Below are positions 44,560-54,682 of a stretch of DNA of 56,971 bases, piece by piece. The position numbers and the translations under genes were made by a program. How positions within the stretch are numbered: position 1 is the first letter of the stretch; each line of letters starts with the position of its first letter. Source of the DNA: Candidatus Staskawiczbacteria bacterium (GTDB lineage: Bacteria > Patescibacteriota > Minisyncoccia > Minisyncoccales > Staskawiczbacteraceae). Under the pieces are notes generated by a model. That model saw only the letters and a list, made by a program, of their open reading frames with translations, ran no database searches and was not told the origin of the DNA. The stretch is from NCBI GenBank assembly GCA_026395215.1, contig JAPLZC010000010.1, positions 206,150 through 263,120 of the forward strand, written 5' to 3'.

Positions 44560-45293
44560 GAAATTTCTTCTACGTTATGTTGTATCAGCCGCTTTTTAAT
44601 GCGCTGGTGATGTTGTATAACTATATACCTGGACACGACTTTGGAATAGCTATAATATTTTTAACTCTTATTATAAGGTTTATTCTCTATCCCCTTTCAA
44701 TAAAAGCTGTCCATTCTCAAAAGAGTTTGCAGGAGGTACAGCCGAAAATATTGGAGGTTCAAAAAAAATATAAAGATGACAAAGAAAAGCAGGCTAAAGA
44801 AATTTTGGCTCTTTATAAAAGTGAAAAAATAAATCCGTTTTCAGGATTGTTTTTAGCCTTGGTGCAGTTGCCTATATTAATTGCCTTGTACCAAGTTTTT
44901 TGGAATGGTTTAAAATCAAAAGAACTTAGTGTATTATACTCATTTATTGCAAACCCGGGACAGATAAATCCGATGTTTATACACCTGTTGGATTTGTCAA
45001 AACCAAACATGATTTTAGCCATACTTGCCGGACTGACACAGTACTTCCAAACAAAAATGATGCTGCCTAAAAAGGCTAAAACTAATGGGCAGGACAAAAA
45101 GGCGGATTTTTCACAAGCAATGCAAACACAAATGCTGTATTTTATGCCGGTATTCACTGTTATTATACTTTTAGGGTTACCATCTGCTTTAGGATTGTAT
45201 TGGACAATAAGCGGAATATTTTCTATAATTCAGCAATATTTAATTTTTTCCGCCCAAGGCGGACCAGCCTCGGGCTGGAAGAAAAGCAAATAA
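44544..45293 (+). CDS. yidC: Membrane protein insertase YidC (short form)
   Basis: FGIAIIFLTLIIR, QPKI, INPFSG, QLPILIALY, LGLYW...QQ. Confidence 0.93.
   Translation: MFQSIGNFFYVMLYQPLFNALVMLYNYIPGHDFGIAIIFLTLIIRFILYPLSIKAVHSQKSLQEVQPKILEVQKKYKDDKEKQAKEILALYKSEKINPFSGLFLALVQLPILIALYQVFWNGLKSKELSVLYSFIANPGQINPMFIHLLDLSKPNMILAILAGLTQYFQTKMMLPKKAKTNGQDKKADFSQAMQTQMLYFMPVFTVIILLGLPSALGLYWTISGIFSIIQQYLIFSAQGGPASGWKKSK
45249..45279. repeat. Double-hairpin element in frame at yidC 3' end
   Basis: TCCGCC-CAA-GGCGGA + CCAGCC-TCG-GGCTGG; encodes SAQGGPASGW; first hairpin resembles TCCGCCTTTGGCGGA inside the ileS element. Confidence 0.8.
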
Positions 45294-45294
45294 C

Positions 45295-45780
45295 ATGATA
45301 GAACAAAACCAAGTTAAAAAAATTGGAGAAATAGTGGAGGAGTTTTTTGATAAAATGACAATGCCGGTTTCCGGAGCCGAGGTAAAAACATCTTCTGAGA
45401 AAGATGAGACCGGGGCAGACAGAGATGTTGTTGATATAGACGTTAAAATAGAAGAACCCCAGATTTTAATTGGTCAGGGTGGACAGACTCTTTTTGAGAT
45501 TCAGCGCATTTTGAGAACAGTTTTAAATAAAAAACTTGAGACAAATTTTTACTTAAATTTGGATATTAACGATTATAAAAAACAAAAGATTGAGTATTTA
45601 AAAAGCATGGCCAAAAGTTTGGCTGACCAAGTGTCTTTGACTAAAGAGGAAAAAATTCTTTCTCCAATGTCGTCTTATGAGAGAAGAGTTGTACATGCCG
45701 AGCTGGCTCAGAGAACAGATGTTATCACAGAAAGCCAAGGAGAAGGATTAGACAGGCATATTGTAATAAAACCTAAATAG
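45295..45780 (+). CDS. jag: Jag/KhpB (EloR) KH-R3H RNA-binding protein
   Basis: LIGQGGQTL, LDINDY, PMSSYERRVVH, TESQGEG. Confidence 0.9.
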   Translation: MIEQNQVKKIGEIVEEFFDKMTMPVSGAEVKTSSEKDETGADRDVVDIDVKIEEPQILIGQGGQTLFEIQRILRTVLNKKLETNFYLNLDINDYKKQKIEYLKSMAKSLADQVSLTKEEKILSPMSSYERRVVHAELAQRTDVITESQGEGLDRHIVIKPK

Positions 45781-45781
45781 A

Positions 45782-47032
45782 TTACCTTTTTATTGGGATA
45801 ATGACAACATAATTAGGCAGAAAACTGCCGTTTTTTCTTATATTTTCCCATTTCAATTGTTGTGGACCCAATTTATTTACGTCATCTGGCGCCGAAAACT
45901 CTTGGCAAGAAGACCACGGGCCGTAGTCTTCATCATCTGGTCCAAAATAGACAAATAGAACAAGGTAGTCGCCATTTATTAGCACAGATGAGAGATTTTC
46001 TCCGCCCAATGTTGGGCAGTCCCTTTGAGTACAAACTCCACTGGTATCATATTTTATGCAATCTTGCTCTTCTTTGGGGACGTTGCAATCATCATTTTGC
46101 ATAGATGCACAATCAGGGCCATTAGTAAAACATAAATCATCTAATTTTTTAATATAAACAGAGTTTCCCGAGCTATTAATTTCTGAATTTGAAATTTTAA
46201 AATATCCCCCACTTTCTTGTTTACATGAGTTGACCATGCCGGTCATATTGCCGTATTGTGAGATAATTTTATTAAAACAAGGTTTACGGAAAAAATAAAC
46301 TCCATCACCATTAGGAGATGGATCATATCTGTATACAGAAGCCGATGAAGCAAAAGGTTTGCCTGTTGTTGAATCAACTGCAGGTTGGCAGGGCTTGTTG
46401 GGATTCAAATATAAACATTTTCCCCACAAATTTGGGTTGTTATATAAAATTGATATATAACTTTCAGAGTCGTTGACAATGCCAACAGAATTAATCTGGT
46501 TTTTTAGTGTTGGTCCAAAGTCTAGTACATTTGAGGTTGTAGAGAGTTTGGCTGGGTCGGTACAGTTGGATGAACCTTTATAAAAATAAACTCCTGGAGC
46601 TTTTGTTTCTGCCGGAGGAGGCGGGGCTGGTGGAAGCTCTGTTAATTTAAAAAAACTAAGCTGAGGGTTTATTGTTGTGATAATTAAATAAGTTAGTACC
46701 AAAACCAGTAACCCAGATATTGCTCCACCTACCCTATCTTTGGCATCGGCCCGCTTATCAACATTTACAGCAGAAAATAAATACATTACGCCCGCAATAA
46801 TTAGGGAAATAAAAACTGAAAAGAATCCCAGAAACATTCCTGCATAAAAAAGATAAGACACGTATGCAGGCAGTTTTGTGTCCCCCGTTATTGATTGGCC
46901 AGCTATGGTTGGGTATGTGACTTCCAGCTGCGCAGCAAAAGTTTTATTGGCTGATAAACAAAAAAATCCAGCAAACAAAAACACAAAAAACAAGGCAGAC
47001 AAGCAAATAAGTTTTTTGTATTTTTTTTGCAT
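45782..47032 (-). CDS. Pilin (VirB2-like) domain protein with C-terminal beta-rich domain
   Basis: Signal peptide, LEVTYPTIAG, two TM helices ending TINPQL, Pro linker, Cys-containing beta domain. Confidence 0.75.
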   Translation of the reverse strand: MQKKYKKLICLSALFFVFLFAGFFCLSANKTFAAQLEVTYPTIAGQSITGDTKLPAYVSYLFYAGMFLGFFSVFISLIIAGVMYLFSAVNVDKRADAKDRVGGAISGLLVLVLTYLIITTINPQLSFFKLTELPPAPPPPAETKAPGVYFYKGSSNCTDPAKLSTTSNVLDFGPTLKNQINSVGIVNDSESYISILYNNPNLWGKCLYLNPNKPCQPAVDSTTGKPFASSASVYRYDPSPNGDGVYFFRKPCFNKIISQYGNMTGMVNSCKQESGGYFKISNSEINSSGNSVYIKKLDDLCFTNGPDCASMQNDDCNVPKEEQDCIKYDTSGVCTQRDCPTLGGENLSSVLINGDYLVLFVYFGPDDEDYGPWSSCQEFSAPDDVNKLGPQQLKWENIRKNGSFLPNYVVIIPIKR

Positions 47033-47040
47033 CAGATTTT

Positions 47041-48459
47041 TTAATTACTCCTCCCTGTACCTCCACCACTAGTCCCACCTCCACCTCCTGTGCCACCGCC
47101 GGAGCCGGTAGGAATTACATAAATGCCTGTTAATACATCAGATTGTGGGCCGGTAACAGGTTCTGTCTCTAGATTTTTAACGATTTGATTAGCTGAAAAT
47201 GTTTGGCAATAGGATACGCCCGAATAGAGAGCAACCAAATAATTACCATTAATATCTATAGATCCTGGGTGATTTGAGAACCATATATTATGTATGATGT
47301 ATTCTTCCGGCACAGCACTAAAGTTGGTATAAACAAATTCCATATCTTGTGGGTCATGCAAATAATTTGAAGCTGACCTTATTTCTGAATCAGACATCAT
47401 ATAGTAGCCAGATTTAGATTCTCGGTCTGCACCGAAAGGTTCACTGAAAAAGTTTACGCCATCGCTGGAAGAAGTTGGACTTTTGTCTAATACAAAAATA
47501 TCAGCAGCCGAAGTATTGTTCTGCTTATTAATGCCAAAGCACTCTCCAGTGTTGTCTTCCGCCAAATTTATTATCGGGGCTTGGCACTGTCCCCCTTTCT
47601 GAGGCGCTGACATCTGGTGGAAAATGACGCCATAATAAAGGCCGGCAGTTGGGTTATTAACAATTCTAACTCCGCTTATTTTTCCATTAAATGTATCATC
47701 TATGTTACCGTCATAACTATTGGTATTTGCAACCGACATATATCCTGAACACATATTTCCGTTGCATCCGCCTCGACAGTAATAAACACCAGCTCTTTCA
47801 TAATCCCATTGGAAGGAACCCGAGGCACTTATATTTTCTGATGCTCCACAAACTATTCTTTTAGTTACAACCCCAGCATAACCGCCATCAGTTCCTATAA
47901 AACTTGCTTTAGGATATTCCCAAATTAAAAGGGCAGGTCCTGTGCCAGGTCCGCTTGCCGAACATTTATAAATTATACTGTCATAACCGGTTGGCCTGGT
48001 ACTTACATCACTCACTGTTTGGCCAACAGGTTGTGTATCTGTTCCGTTAGAATAAAACACGCCGGCTGTTGGAGGGAGAGGAGTTAGAGAGGGGTTTGTA
48101 AGCGCCGGGTTAATGGTGTTTATAATAATAAAAGATACTAGCGTAAGCGCCAGCCCTATAACAGCGCCTTTCATACGGTCTTTGGCATCACCATGGGCCT
48201 CAACATTAGGATTTATAAGTCCTACAGCGCCAATGGTAAAAGAAATTAATGATAAAATTCCGGCTATAAAGACTAGAAGGCCAAAAAAGTATTTAACATA
48301 CGAGGCTATATCAGGAGTAGCTGTATTTAAATTTGGTAGGCCCGGTATAACAGGATAATTTTTTATTTCTAAGGCCGAAGCAACACCGGTTGATAAAATA
48401 ATAAAGGCTACAAGGAAGAAGAAAAGCAGTAAATAACTATTTTTTATTTTTTTGGTCAT
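47041..48459 (-). CDS. Pilin (VirB2-like) domain protein with C-terminal beta-rich domain and Gly tail
   Basis: ASALEIKNYPVIPG, AKDRMKGAVIGL...TINPAL; paralogous to 45782-47032. Confidence 0.75.
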   Translation of the reverse strand: MTKKIKNSYLLLFFFLVAFIILSTGVASALEIKNYPVIPGLPNLNTATPDIASYVKYFFGLLVFIAGILSLISFTIGAVGLINPNVEAHGDAKDRMKGAVIGLALTLVSFIIINTINPALTNPSLTPLPPTAGVFYSNGTDTQPVGQTVSDVSTRPTGYDSIIYKCSASGPGTGPALLIWEYPKASFIGTDGGYAGVVTKRIVCGASENISASGSFQWDYERAGVYYCRGGCNGNMCSGYMSVANTNSYDGNIDDTFNGKISGVRIVNNPTAGLYYGVIFHQMSAPQKGGQCQAPIINLAEDNTGECFGINKQNNTSAADIFVLDKSPTSSSDGVNFFSEPFGADRESKSGYYMMSDSEIRSASNYLHDPQDMEFVYTNFSAVPEEYIIHNIWFSNHPGSIDINGNYLVALYSGVSYCQTFSANQIVKNLETEPVTGPQSDVLTGIYVIPTGSGGGTGGGGGTSGGGTGRSN

Positions 48460-48487
48460 ATTTTATTAATTGATTTTTTATTTTTAA

Positions 48488-51400
48488 TTATTTGGCATAT
48501 TTTTGCAGGCAGAACCAATTATCTAACAAAGATTTGTCAAAAAGATTTCCCAAATCCTTTCCGTAGCAATAACCTTCAATTAGTTTCCCGTTAAAATTTA
48601 TTTGACCATCTATTATTGGAGAAATCAATTCATGTTTGGTTCGAGTACAGCTTAACAATTTCAAATCTGTTCCTCCCTCACTTTTTGAACTGCAATTGTT
48701 TGTTGTTTGCCTAGAATAGGCTAGTTCCTTTATAATATCACTTCTGGGCTCGGCCAGCATATACATATAAAAATCTATAAATTTTAATTTCAGTTGTCTA
48801 TTATAATTCCAAATTTGAGACATATAACTTTTCATTTGGTCGCACGGACTTCCCTTGCATGGGGCAACCAGGCAATTGCAAGTATATCCAATAAGTGACC
48901 CATCAACAAAGACAGGCAATTTGTTATATGAGCAGTTTGTTGTGCAAATTGGGCTGGCATTTTCATATTCGGCCCCGCACATGCAATAATTTTGCACAAT
49001 TGTGTTATCTATGGCTTGTCCGGCCTTTTGCATCATATTCAACATACCTTGCATATAGCTATACATATTGTAGGCCGAATTTATTGTTTGGTCGGCCCAG
49101 TTTTCAGCATTATCAACTGTTTGGCCAACAGGTATTTCTCCTTCCTTCCCCATGTCTATTTTATAAATTTTTCCCAAAGGCTCATTAATTTTGTCATAAT
49201 TTTGTTTGCTTATACTGGTAGGCAATATCCAATTATTTTCACAATAAAAAGTAAGAGGGTCATCGTTGTAAGAATATGTGTTACACTGGGGTCCTGCCAT
49301 TTGAAAGGCTGATACATCTTTTTGTTCTGCGCCGTAACCTTCATTTCCAGCATTTGTCCAAGTATTTTCATTTGGAACTGTAAAATCAATAGTTTGGTCT
49401 ATTTTGTCGCACGGACAACTAGGGCAATCTGAGGATGCAGGGCATTTAGTGGTTTCGGGACACACCTTTTGGCAGGCCGAATTAGGGCTTTTTGAACTAT
49501 AACATACGCCACTTTTAGCTGGTTGATAAGGCTCTGGGCATTTTTCACAGTAAGGGCCAGCGCTGTTGTGAGAGTCATAAATAAAAGATGATGAATATTT
49601 GTCTATTGAACACCCTGCGACAGAAGTATCAATACAATCAGGATAGCCGGCATATTCATCTGAACCATTTTTGCACAAATAGGAATTATTTATGCAAAAA
49701 GCTGCATTGTTTGGGTCAATATTTTGATCGGCGCAATATGCGAATTTACTTGAATCAATCAAACAGGTGTCGGTATTGTCTAAAACGCACTTAGAATTAT
49801 TATTGCATTGGCTTTGACAGAAATTATACTCTTTGGAACACTTTAAATACCTTGCTTCGCAATCATTTGAGCAACTGTCTTGGCAGGAATTTATACACTC
49901 TCCAAAAGTTTTGGAGGTGTCCGGCCCATTTACGCATAGCCTTGCATTGTAAGCATTTTTTATACACTCATCTTGGTTACTTGGGTCAGTACAGGCTGTA
50001 TAGGCTTGTAGCACCGCATTACTTGCATCTGGGCAGGCGTCATTGCATTTTTTAAGACAGCTGGAATTGTCATAATTGAAACCGTTGCAGTACTTTGAGG
50101 GATTTATGGCTTTCCCTGTTTCTGGGTCTGCAAAGGGTTTTTGAGTAAGAATAACAATATTTTTTTGGTCTGCCTGTTTGTAAATATTAAGAAGTTCAAC
50201 ATAAGGAGTTGCCAGATAACACGTGTTTAATGTAGTCTCCGCTTGGCTTAATATTGATTTATCATTTTGAATTTTTTGTGTTATTTCTAATATTTTTGTT
50301 TGCAGATATATTAATTGCTGGGCCATATTGAGCTTATCCCAGTTTTCTTTGTTAATTATTGTCACAGTTTTTTTATTTACTGTATATTGTTCTTCAACAA
50401 ACTCTTTTACGTCAGCTCCAGCGCATGAAGTGAATACTGCATTGGGGTTAGAATCAGCCAAAGTTTCATCACACCTAAATTCATCAAGCCCAGCGTAGCT
50501 ATTGGCGCAGGTTTTAGTTTTTTCATTACACGTTAATCCAATAGGACAGCTTGTGTCTACGCCAATAATGCAGGCGGTCCCCCCCACAAGGCCATCACAC
50601 GTTGGAGAGCCATACGAATTCATGCTACATTTTTGACCATCAGAACAAGCTGATTCCGGGTTGCAGGTAATACCACTACCGGCATTACCAACACATTTTC
50701 TGGTGGCGTCATCACAAGTTAAGCCAAGTGGGCAGTTTAAGTCTATGCCTTTAGTACAAGAAGTACCTTCTTCTGTGCCGTCACACGTGTCGGCACCGGA
50801 AGGACTGGTGGTGCAAATTTGACCGGTAGAGCAGACAGAGCTTGGATTACAAGCGGTATCATTTCCCACGCAACTGGCACCAGCCCCATTAAATGGTACG
50901 GCAATTGGTCCATGTTCTATTTGGTCTTTTACTCCAGTTGGACAGCAGTCGGTTGTATTTGGAGGTTGTTTGCAGGCCGCGCCCACGCACGATCCGCTGC
51001 AATTCCAATTGCCAGGACAATCAGCAGGCGGTTGGTCACATCGCCCATTTCCTTTGCTTTCACAAATGTCAGTATCCGGATTGCATTTTTCAGTATCTGG
51101 GTCGCAAAGTGAAGGGTTCTCATTACATCCAATTACTTTGGGCACACAGGTGTCAGTGGCGGGGTTACAGGTTTCGTCATCGGCGCATATGGAACGGTCT
51201 TCTATGCACCCGTCTGCCACATCTGCGCAGGTATCTGTGGTTTGGTCGCACCTCTGATTTTTTCCACAAATTAAAGGATTCTTTTTACACCCGCTTTTAC
51301 TGCTTTTACCCGCAATACAGATACCACTGACGCAATGTTTTCCATATGCGCAAGGAAAATAATTTGAGCAGAATGTTCCAGACACGCAGACCCCGTTTTC

Positions 51401-52411
51401 ACAATGGCTCCCTGCCCCGCAACTAGATTGGCCAATGCCAAGGCAGGCCGCTCCCGATAAACACTTTCCACTTGCAATATCACAGTGCTCTCTAGGCGGA
51501 CAATTTGCATTATTTGTGCAACCAGTTCCCTTAACACATATGCCACCAACACAGCGCTTTCCCGGTTTGCAAGTGGACTGGCCGGTACCGGTGCAGGCTA
51601 CAGATAATGTAAAACTAGCAGTAAAATATTTTGGCGGGCTGTTTAAACTGGTTTCTTCGGTCTCAGCAGGATCTGAACCGCAGACAGGGTCACATTTGCT
51701 GGTATTTGTTTCTTTATTAAAACAAGAGCAAGTGTCCATTAATTTAGTTAGTTCATCGGTTAAACTGGCAACCACTTGTGCTTTTTTTTGCGCACCATCA
51801 ACCAATTGTGTCAGACAGTCGGCTCTGTCGTAGTTTGTATATGTTGGTGCATTTATTTCTTCTTCATCATCTGTTTTTATTTTTAATCCATCAACAGGGT
51901 CACCCTTTTGGTCAAAACCATAACAGTCCATTGTTCTTGTTAAAAGGTTTTCAGTTAGAGTTCCAATTGGAATTTCTTGATAAGTAATAGGGGTAGCGCT
52001 TGTATTTATTGTAGATATCCCAAAAGGATTAAAATTAATTACCGATAAAATTCCAACCTTACAAGTGGTTAGGCTAGGGTTAATTGTTTGCATAATTAAA
52101 AATGCACAAACAACTATTAAAAGTCCGGAGATACCGGACTTTATCCATTCTTTGGCTTCACTTGTAAACTTTCCCTGCCCATAAGAAACCAAATAATATA
52201 CTCCCCCAAAAATTATTGCGAAAGCAGCAACAATAATAGCCAAGTTTTGAATTAAACCAAAAAGATAACAGATATACTCTGAAAAAGAAGAAGTATTATT
52301 AAATGAAAATCCAAAAATACTAGGATAATGAACCTCAAGAGCCGATGCAAAACTTACCCTTAAAAAAAAGGCAGAAATTATTCCCAAAAAAATAATTATC
52401 TTTTTATTCAT
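48488..52411 (-). CDS. Giant Cys-rich repeat protein with N-terminal pilin (VirB2-like) domain
   Basis: ASALEVHYPSIFG...AKEWIKSGISGLLIV...TINPSL followed by about 1200 aa very rich in Cys with internal repeats. Confidence 0.85.
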   Translation of the reverse strand: MNKKIIIFLGIISAFFLRVSFASALEVHYPSIFGFSFNNTSSFSEYICYLFGLIQNLAIIVAAFAIIFGGVYYLVSYGQGKFTSEAKEWIKSGISGLLIVVCAFLIMQTINPSLTTCKVGILSVINFNPFGISTINTSATPITYQEIPIGTLTENLLTRTMDCYGFDQKGDPVDGLKIKTDDEEEINAPTYTNYDRADCLTQLVDGAQKKAQVVASLTDELTKLMDTCSCFNKETNTSKCDPVCGSDPAETEETSLNSPPKYFTASFTLSVACTGTGQSTCKPGKRCVGGICVKGTGCTNNANCPPREHCDIASGKCLSGAACLGIGQSSCGAGSHCENGVCVSGTFCSNYFPCAYGKHCVSGICIAGKSSKSGCKKNPLICGKNQRCDQTTDTCADVADGCIEDRSICADDETCNPATDTCVPKVIGCNENPSLCDPDTEKCNPDTDICESKGNGRCDQPPADCPGNWNCSGSCVGAACKQPPNTTDCCPTGVKDQIEHGPIAVPFNGAGASCVGNDTACNPSSVCSTGQICTTSPSGADTCDGTEEGTSCTKGIDLNCPLGLTCDDATRKCVGNAGSGITCNPESACSDGQKCSMNSYGSPTCDGLVGGTACIIGVDTSCPIGLTCNEKTKTCANSYAGLDEFRCDETLADSNPNAVFTSCAGADVKEFVEEQYTVNKKTVTIINKENWDKLNMAQQLIYLQTKILEITQKIQNDKSILSQAETTLNTCYLATPYVELLNIYKQADQKNIVILTQKPFADPETGKAINPSKYCNGFNYDNSSCLKKCNDACPDASNAVLQAYTACTDPSNQDECIKNAYNARLCVNGPDTSKTFGECINSCQDSCSNDCEARYLKCSKEYNFCQSQCNNNSKCVLDNTDTCLIDSSKFAYCADQNIDPNNAAFCINNSYLCKNGSDEYAGYPDCIDTSVAGCSIDKYSSSFIYDSHNSAGPYCEKCPEPYQPAKSGVCYSSKSPNSACQKVCPETTKCPASSDCPSCPCDKIDQTIDFTVPNENTWTNAGNEGYGAEQKDVSAFQMAGPQCNTYSYNDDPLTFYCENNWILPTSISKQNYDKINEPLGKIYKIDMGKEGEIPVGQTVDNAENWADQTINSAYNMYSYMQGMLNMMQKAGQAIDNTIVQNYCMCGAEYENASPICTTNCSYNKLPVFVDGSLIGYTCNCLVAPCKGSPCDQMKSYMSQIWNYNRQLKLKFIDFYMYMLAEPRSDIIKELAYSRQTTNNCSSKSEGGTDLKLLSCTRTKHELISPIIDGQINFNGKLIEGYCYGKDLGNLFDKSLLDNWFCLQKYAK

Positions 52412-52422
52412 TCATTATTGAA

Positions 52423-52869
52423 TTAAACCTTTTTTATATCAGCAGCTCCGCCGGATCCTTTGGCTGCGCTAGCAACTTTACCAACAACACCACCGCCATC
52501 TGTTAGTGTTGAATAAACAAACCAAGTCCAGCCTGGAAGAATACTTACAACGGGGATCAATTCTACTCCGCAGGCAATTAAAAGTTTTACTGTGGCTCTT
52601 TTAATGGCTTCTCCAGTTCTGGTAAATAACAACCATCCACCAATAATAATAATACCCAGTATATCTGAGACAACATTTATTACCGGGATTATACTTATTA
52701 CATCAATAATACCGGCTATAGTTAGCATTAAAACTCCTTCCGGAGAGGTTAAATTCCCGCTGTTTCCATTTTCACCACCACTTCCTTCCCCTTCAGTAAT
52801 TTCTTCTTCATTATCTCCTTGTTTGTTATCAGTTTGTGCGGTTGGTTTTTTTGGCTGTTCATCTGCCAT
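52423..52869 (-). CDS. Membrane protein of the VirB4 operon
   Basis: 148 aa; hydrophobic core with ELIPVVSILPGWT. Confidence 0.75.
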   Translation of the reverse strand: MADEQPKKPTAQTDNKQGDNEEEITEGEGSGGENGNSGNLTSPEGVLMLTIAGIIDVISIIPVINVVSDILGIIIIGGWLLFTRTGEAIKRATVKLLIACGVELIPVVSILPGWTWFVYSTLTDGGGVVGKVASAAKGSGGAADIKKV

Positions 52870-52888
52870 TTTTGATTATTTAAAAAGA

Positions 52889-54682
52889 TTATAAATTTTT
52901 TCTGGCTTCTCTTTGTAACAAAACTTCTTGGGGATTGGTTGTAATTAATTTGTTTTCAGTTGCGCTTCCTACTACCGACAAGAAGACATGTTTTCTGCCT
53001 GCAAAAAATAATCCCTCCCCCACCGCAGCTTCCAGCAGAAGGTATTTTTCCTGTTCGGTTAAGTTGAATGTTTTTTGCAAAGAATCAATATCAGCAGTTG
53101 ATTGTTTCATTAACAATTGCAAAGATGAGTTTGTAATAATTGCTTTTCCATAATCTGTACCCATAAAGTCTGCCACGTTCTGGGTAATGGTTGTAACTCC
53201 CAGCCAATATTTCCTTCCTCTTTTTGCCATTCCAAACAAGAAAGAGGCTCCGTCATCTGATTGCATTAAAGACCAGGCCTCGTCAATTACCAAAATTCTC
53301 TTTTTTAGTTTAGACCTGACAATATTCCAAACATATCTCATAACAATATACAGGGCAATAGGTTTTAATGAGTCTTCCATATCTCTTATTCCAAAAACAA
53401 CAAAGTTTTTATCTATGCCAATATTTGACTGCTGGTTAAAGAAGTCTGAAAAGGTTCCTTTGGTAAACTTTTTAATCCTGTTAACTAAAGATTCTGTTCC
53501 AGCCATGCTCTCTAAAATTTCTTGGAAATCAGACATTAGTGGAGTGTTATTTGCCCAAGTTTTTGGATCTGATTGAGGAGTAATATCACGCACAGCATAG
53601 GTTTCTGTAAGTGCTTCATCTATTATGCTGTCTTCTTCCGAGGATAAACCTCCCAACATAATTCTTAAAAGTCCAACAAGGTTAATAACATTAGAACGCA
53701 AGACATCCTCGGGGTTGTCATCTGGCCCGGGCAAAGGCAAATCAAAAGGGTTTAAATGATTTTGTGAAGTTAGAGAAATTTTTAAGAATGCTCCGCCAAC
53801 TGCATCTGACAAATATTCATATTCATTTTCCGGGTCAATAATTATGCAATCAACTCCCTGCATTAAATATCTTAAAATTTCCAGTTTTATTGCATAAGAT
53901 TTTCCCGAGCCGGATTTTGCAAACACCACCATATTAGCGTTTTCCAAACTAAACCTGTCAAATAAAACCAATGAGCTGTTGTGTCTGTTAATTCCATACA
54001 AAATTCCTTCATTTGAGCTTAGGTCAAAAGAAATAAATGGGAATGAGGTTGATAATGGGGCTGTGTCCATTGGAGTGTGAACCTCCAACAAATCCATTCC
54101 GTAAGGGTTACAGGAAATAAATCCTTCTTTTTGTTTAAATAAAGCGGGTTTTATATAAATTAACCTAGATTCAAAAATTGACCTTAAAGTAAGTTCGGTA
54201 TCTTTTAATTCTTTTTCCGAAGTTTCATAAATTGTTATGTAGAGACCAAGTCTGAACATTTTTTCCTGGGCCGTCATTAAGTTGTCCCTTAGGGTTTCAA
54301 TATCTCTGTAGGCTGTTTCCAAAGCCGGGTCTCTAATTAACCCCTTCTCTTCCCTCTCTAAAATTTCAGAAGAAACCTCTGTAACCTTTTTTCTTAATTT
54401 TTTTAAAATTAATTCTGAGCTTACAGGATGTATAAAAAATGAAATGTCCATTGGTTGGTTTAAATCAATAACAGGTGAAAACCAGCCGGTATTTAAATAT
54501 CTTGGATAAGAAAAAACAAAGAAAGATCTGGCAAACCTTTCCCCCAGCTTTATGTGGTCCTGCAAAATTCCAATATATGGAGGAGCAATAATATCACGCA
54601 CATCAAAAGCCTCCTCCTGAAAAATTTTATCTTCTGCAAGATTTTCTTTCTTCTTCCCCAAAATATTGTCTAAAAAGCTCAT
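52889..54682 (-). CDS. virB4: VirB4/TraC-like ATPase
   Basis: AKSGSGKS, IIDPENEY, LNPFD, VIDEAW, RGRKY, TQ, GEGLFFAG. Confidence 0.9.
   Translation of the reverse strand: MSFLDNILGKKKENLAEDKIFQEEAFDVRDIIAPPYIGILQDHIKLGERFARSFFVFSYPRYLNTGWFSPVIDLNQPMDISFFIHPVSSELILKKLRKKVTEVSSEILEREEKGLIRDPALETAYRDIETLRDNLMTAQEKMFRLGLYITIYETSEKELKDTELTLRSIFESRLIYIKPALFKQKEGFISCNPYGMDLLEVHTPMDTAPLSTSFPFISFDLSSNEGILYGINRHNSSLVLFDRFSLENANMVVFAKSGSGKSYAIKLEILRYLMQGVDCIIIDPENEYEYLSDAVGGAFLKISLTSQNHLNPFDLPLPGPDDNPEDVLRSNVINLVGLLRIMLGGLSSEEDSIIDEALTETYAVRDITPQSDPKTWANNTPLMSDFQEILESMAGTESLVNRIKKFTKGTFSDFFNQQSNIGIDKNFVVFGIRDMEDSLKPIALYIVMRYVWNIVRSKLKKRILVIDEAWSLMQSDDGASFLFGMAKRGRKYWLGVTTITQNVADFMGTDYGKAIITNSSLQLLMKQSTADIDSLQKTFNLTEQEKYLLLEAAVGEGLFFAGRKHVFLSVVGSATENKLITTNPQEVLLQREARKNL

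Noticed and set aside
44133-44636. 167-aa minus-strand ORF
   Set aside because: Antisense to rpmH, rnpA and yidC.
47060-47108. CCACC-rich repeat
   Set aside because: Simply encodes the Gly/Thr/Ser tail of the 472-aa protein.
48895-51987. Numerous short overlapping ORFs
   Set aside because: Alternative-frame or antisense shadows of the 1307-aa Cys-rich gene.
48488-52411. Diversity-generating retroelement target
   Set aside because: No reverse transcriptase and no near-identical TR/VR pair differing at adenines was seen; the repeats are old protein-level duplications.
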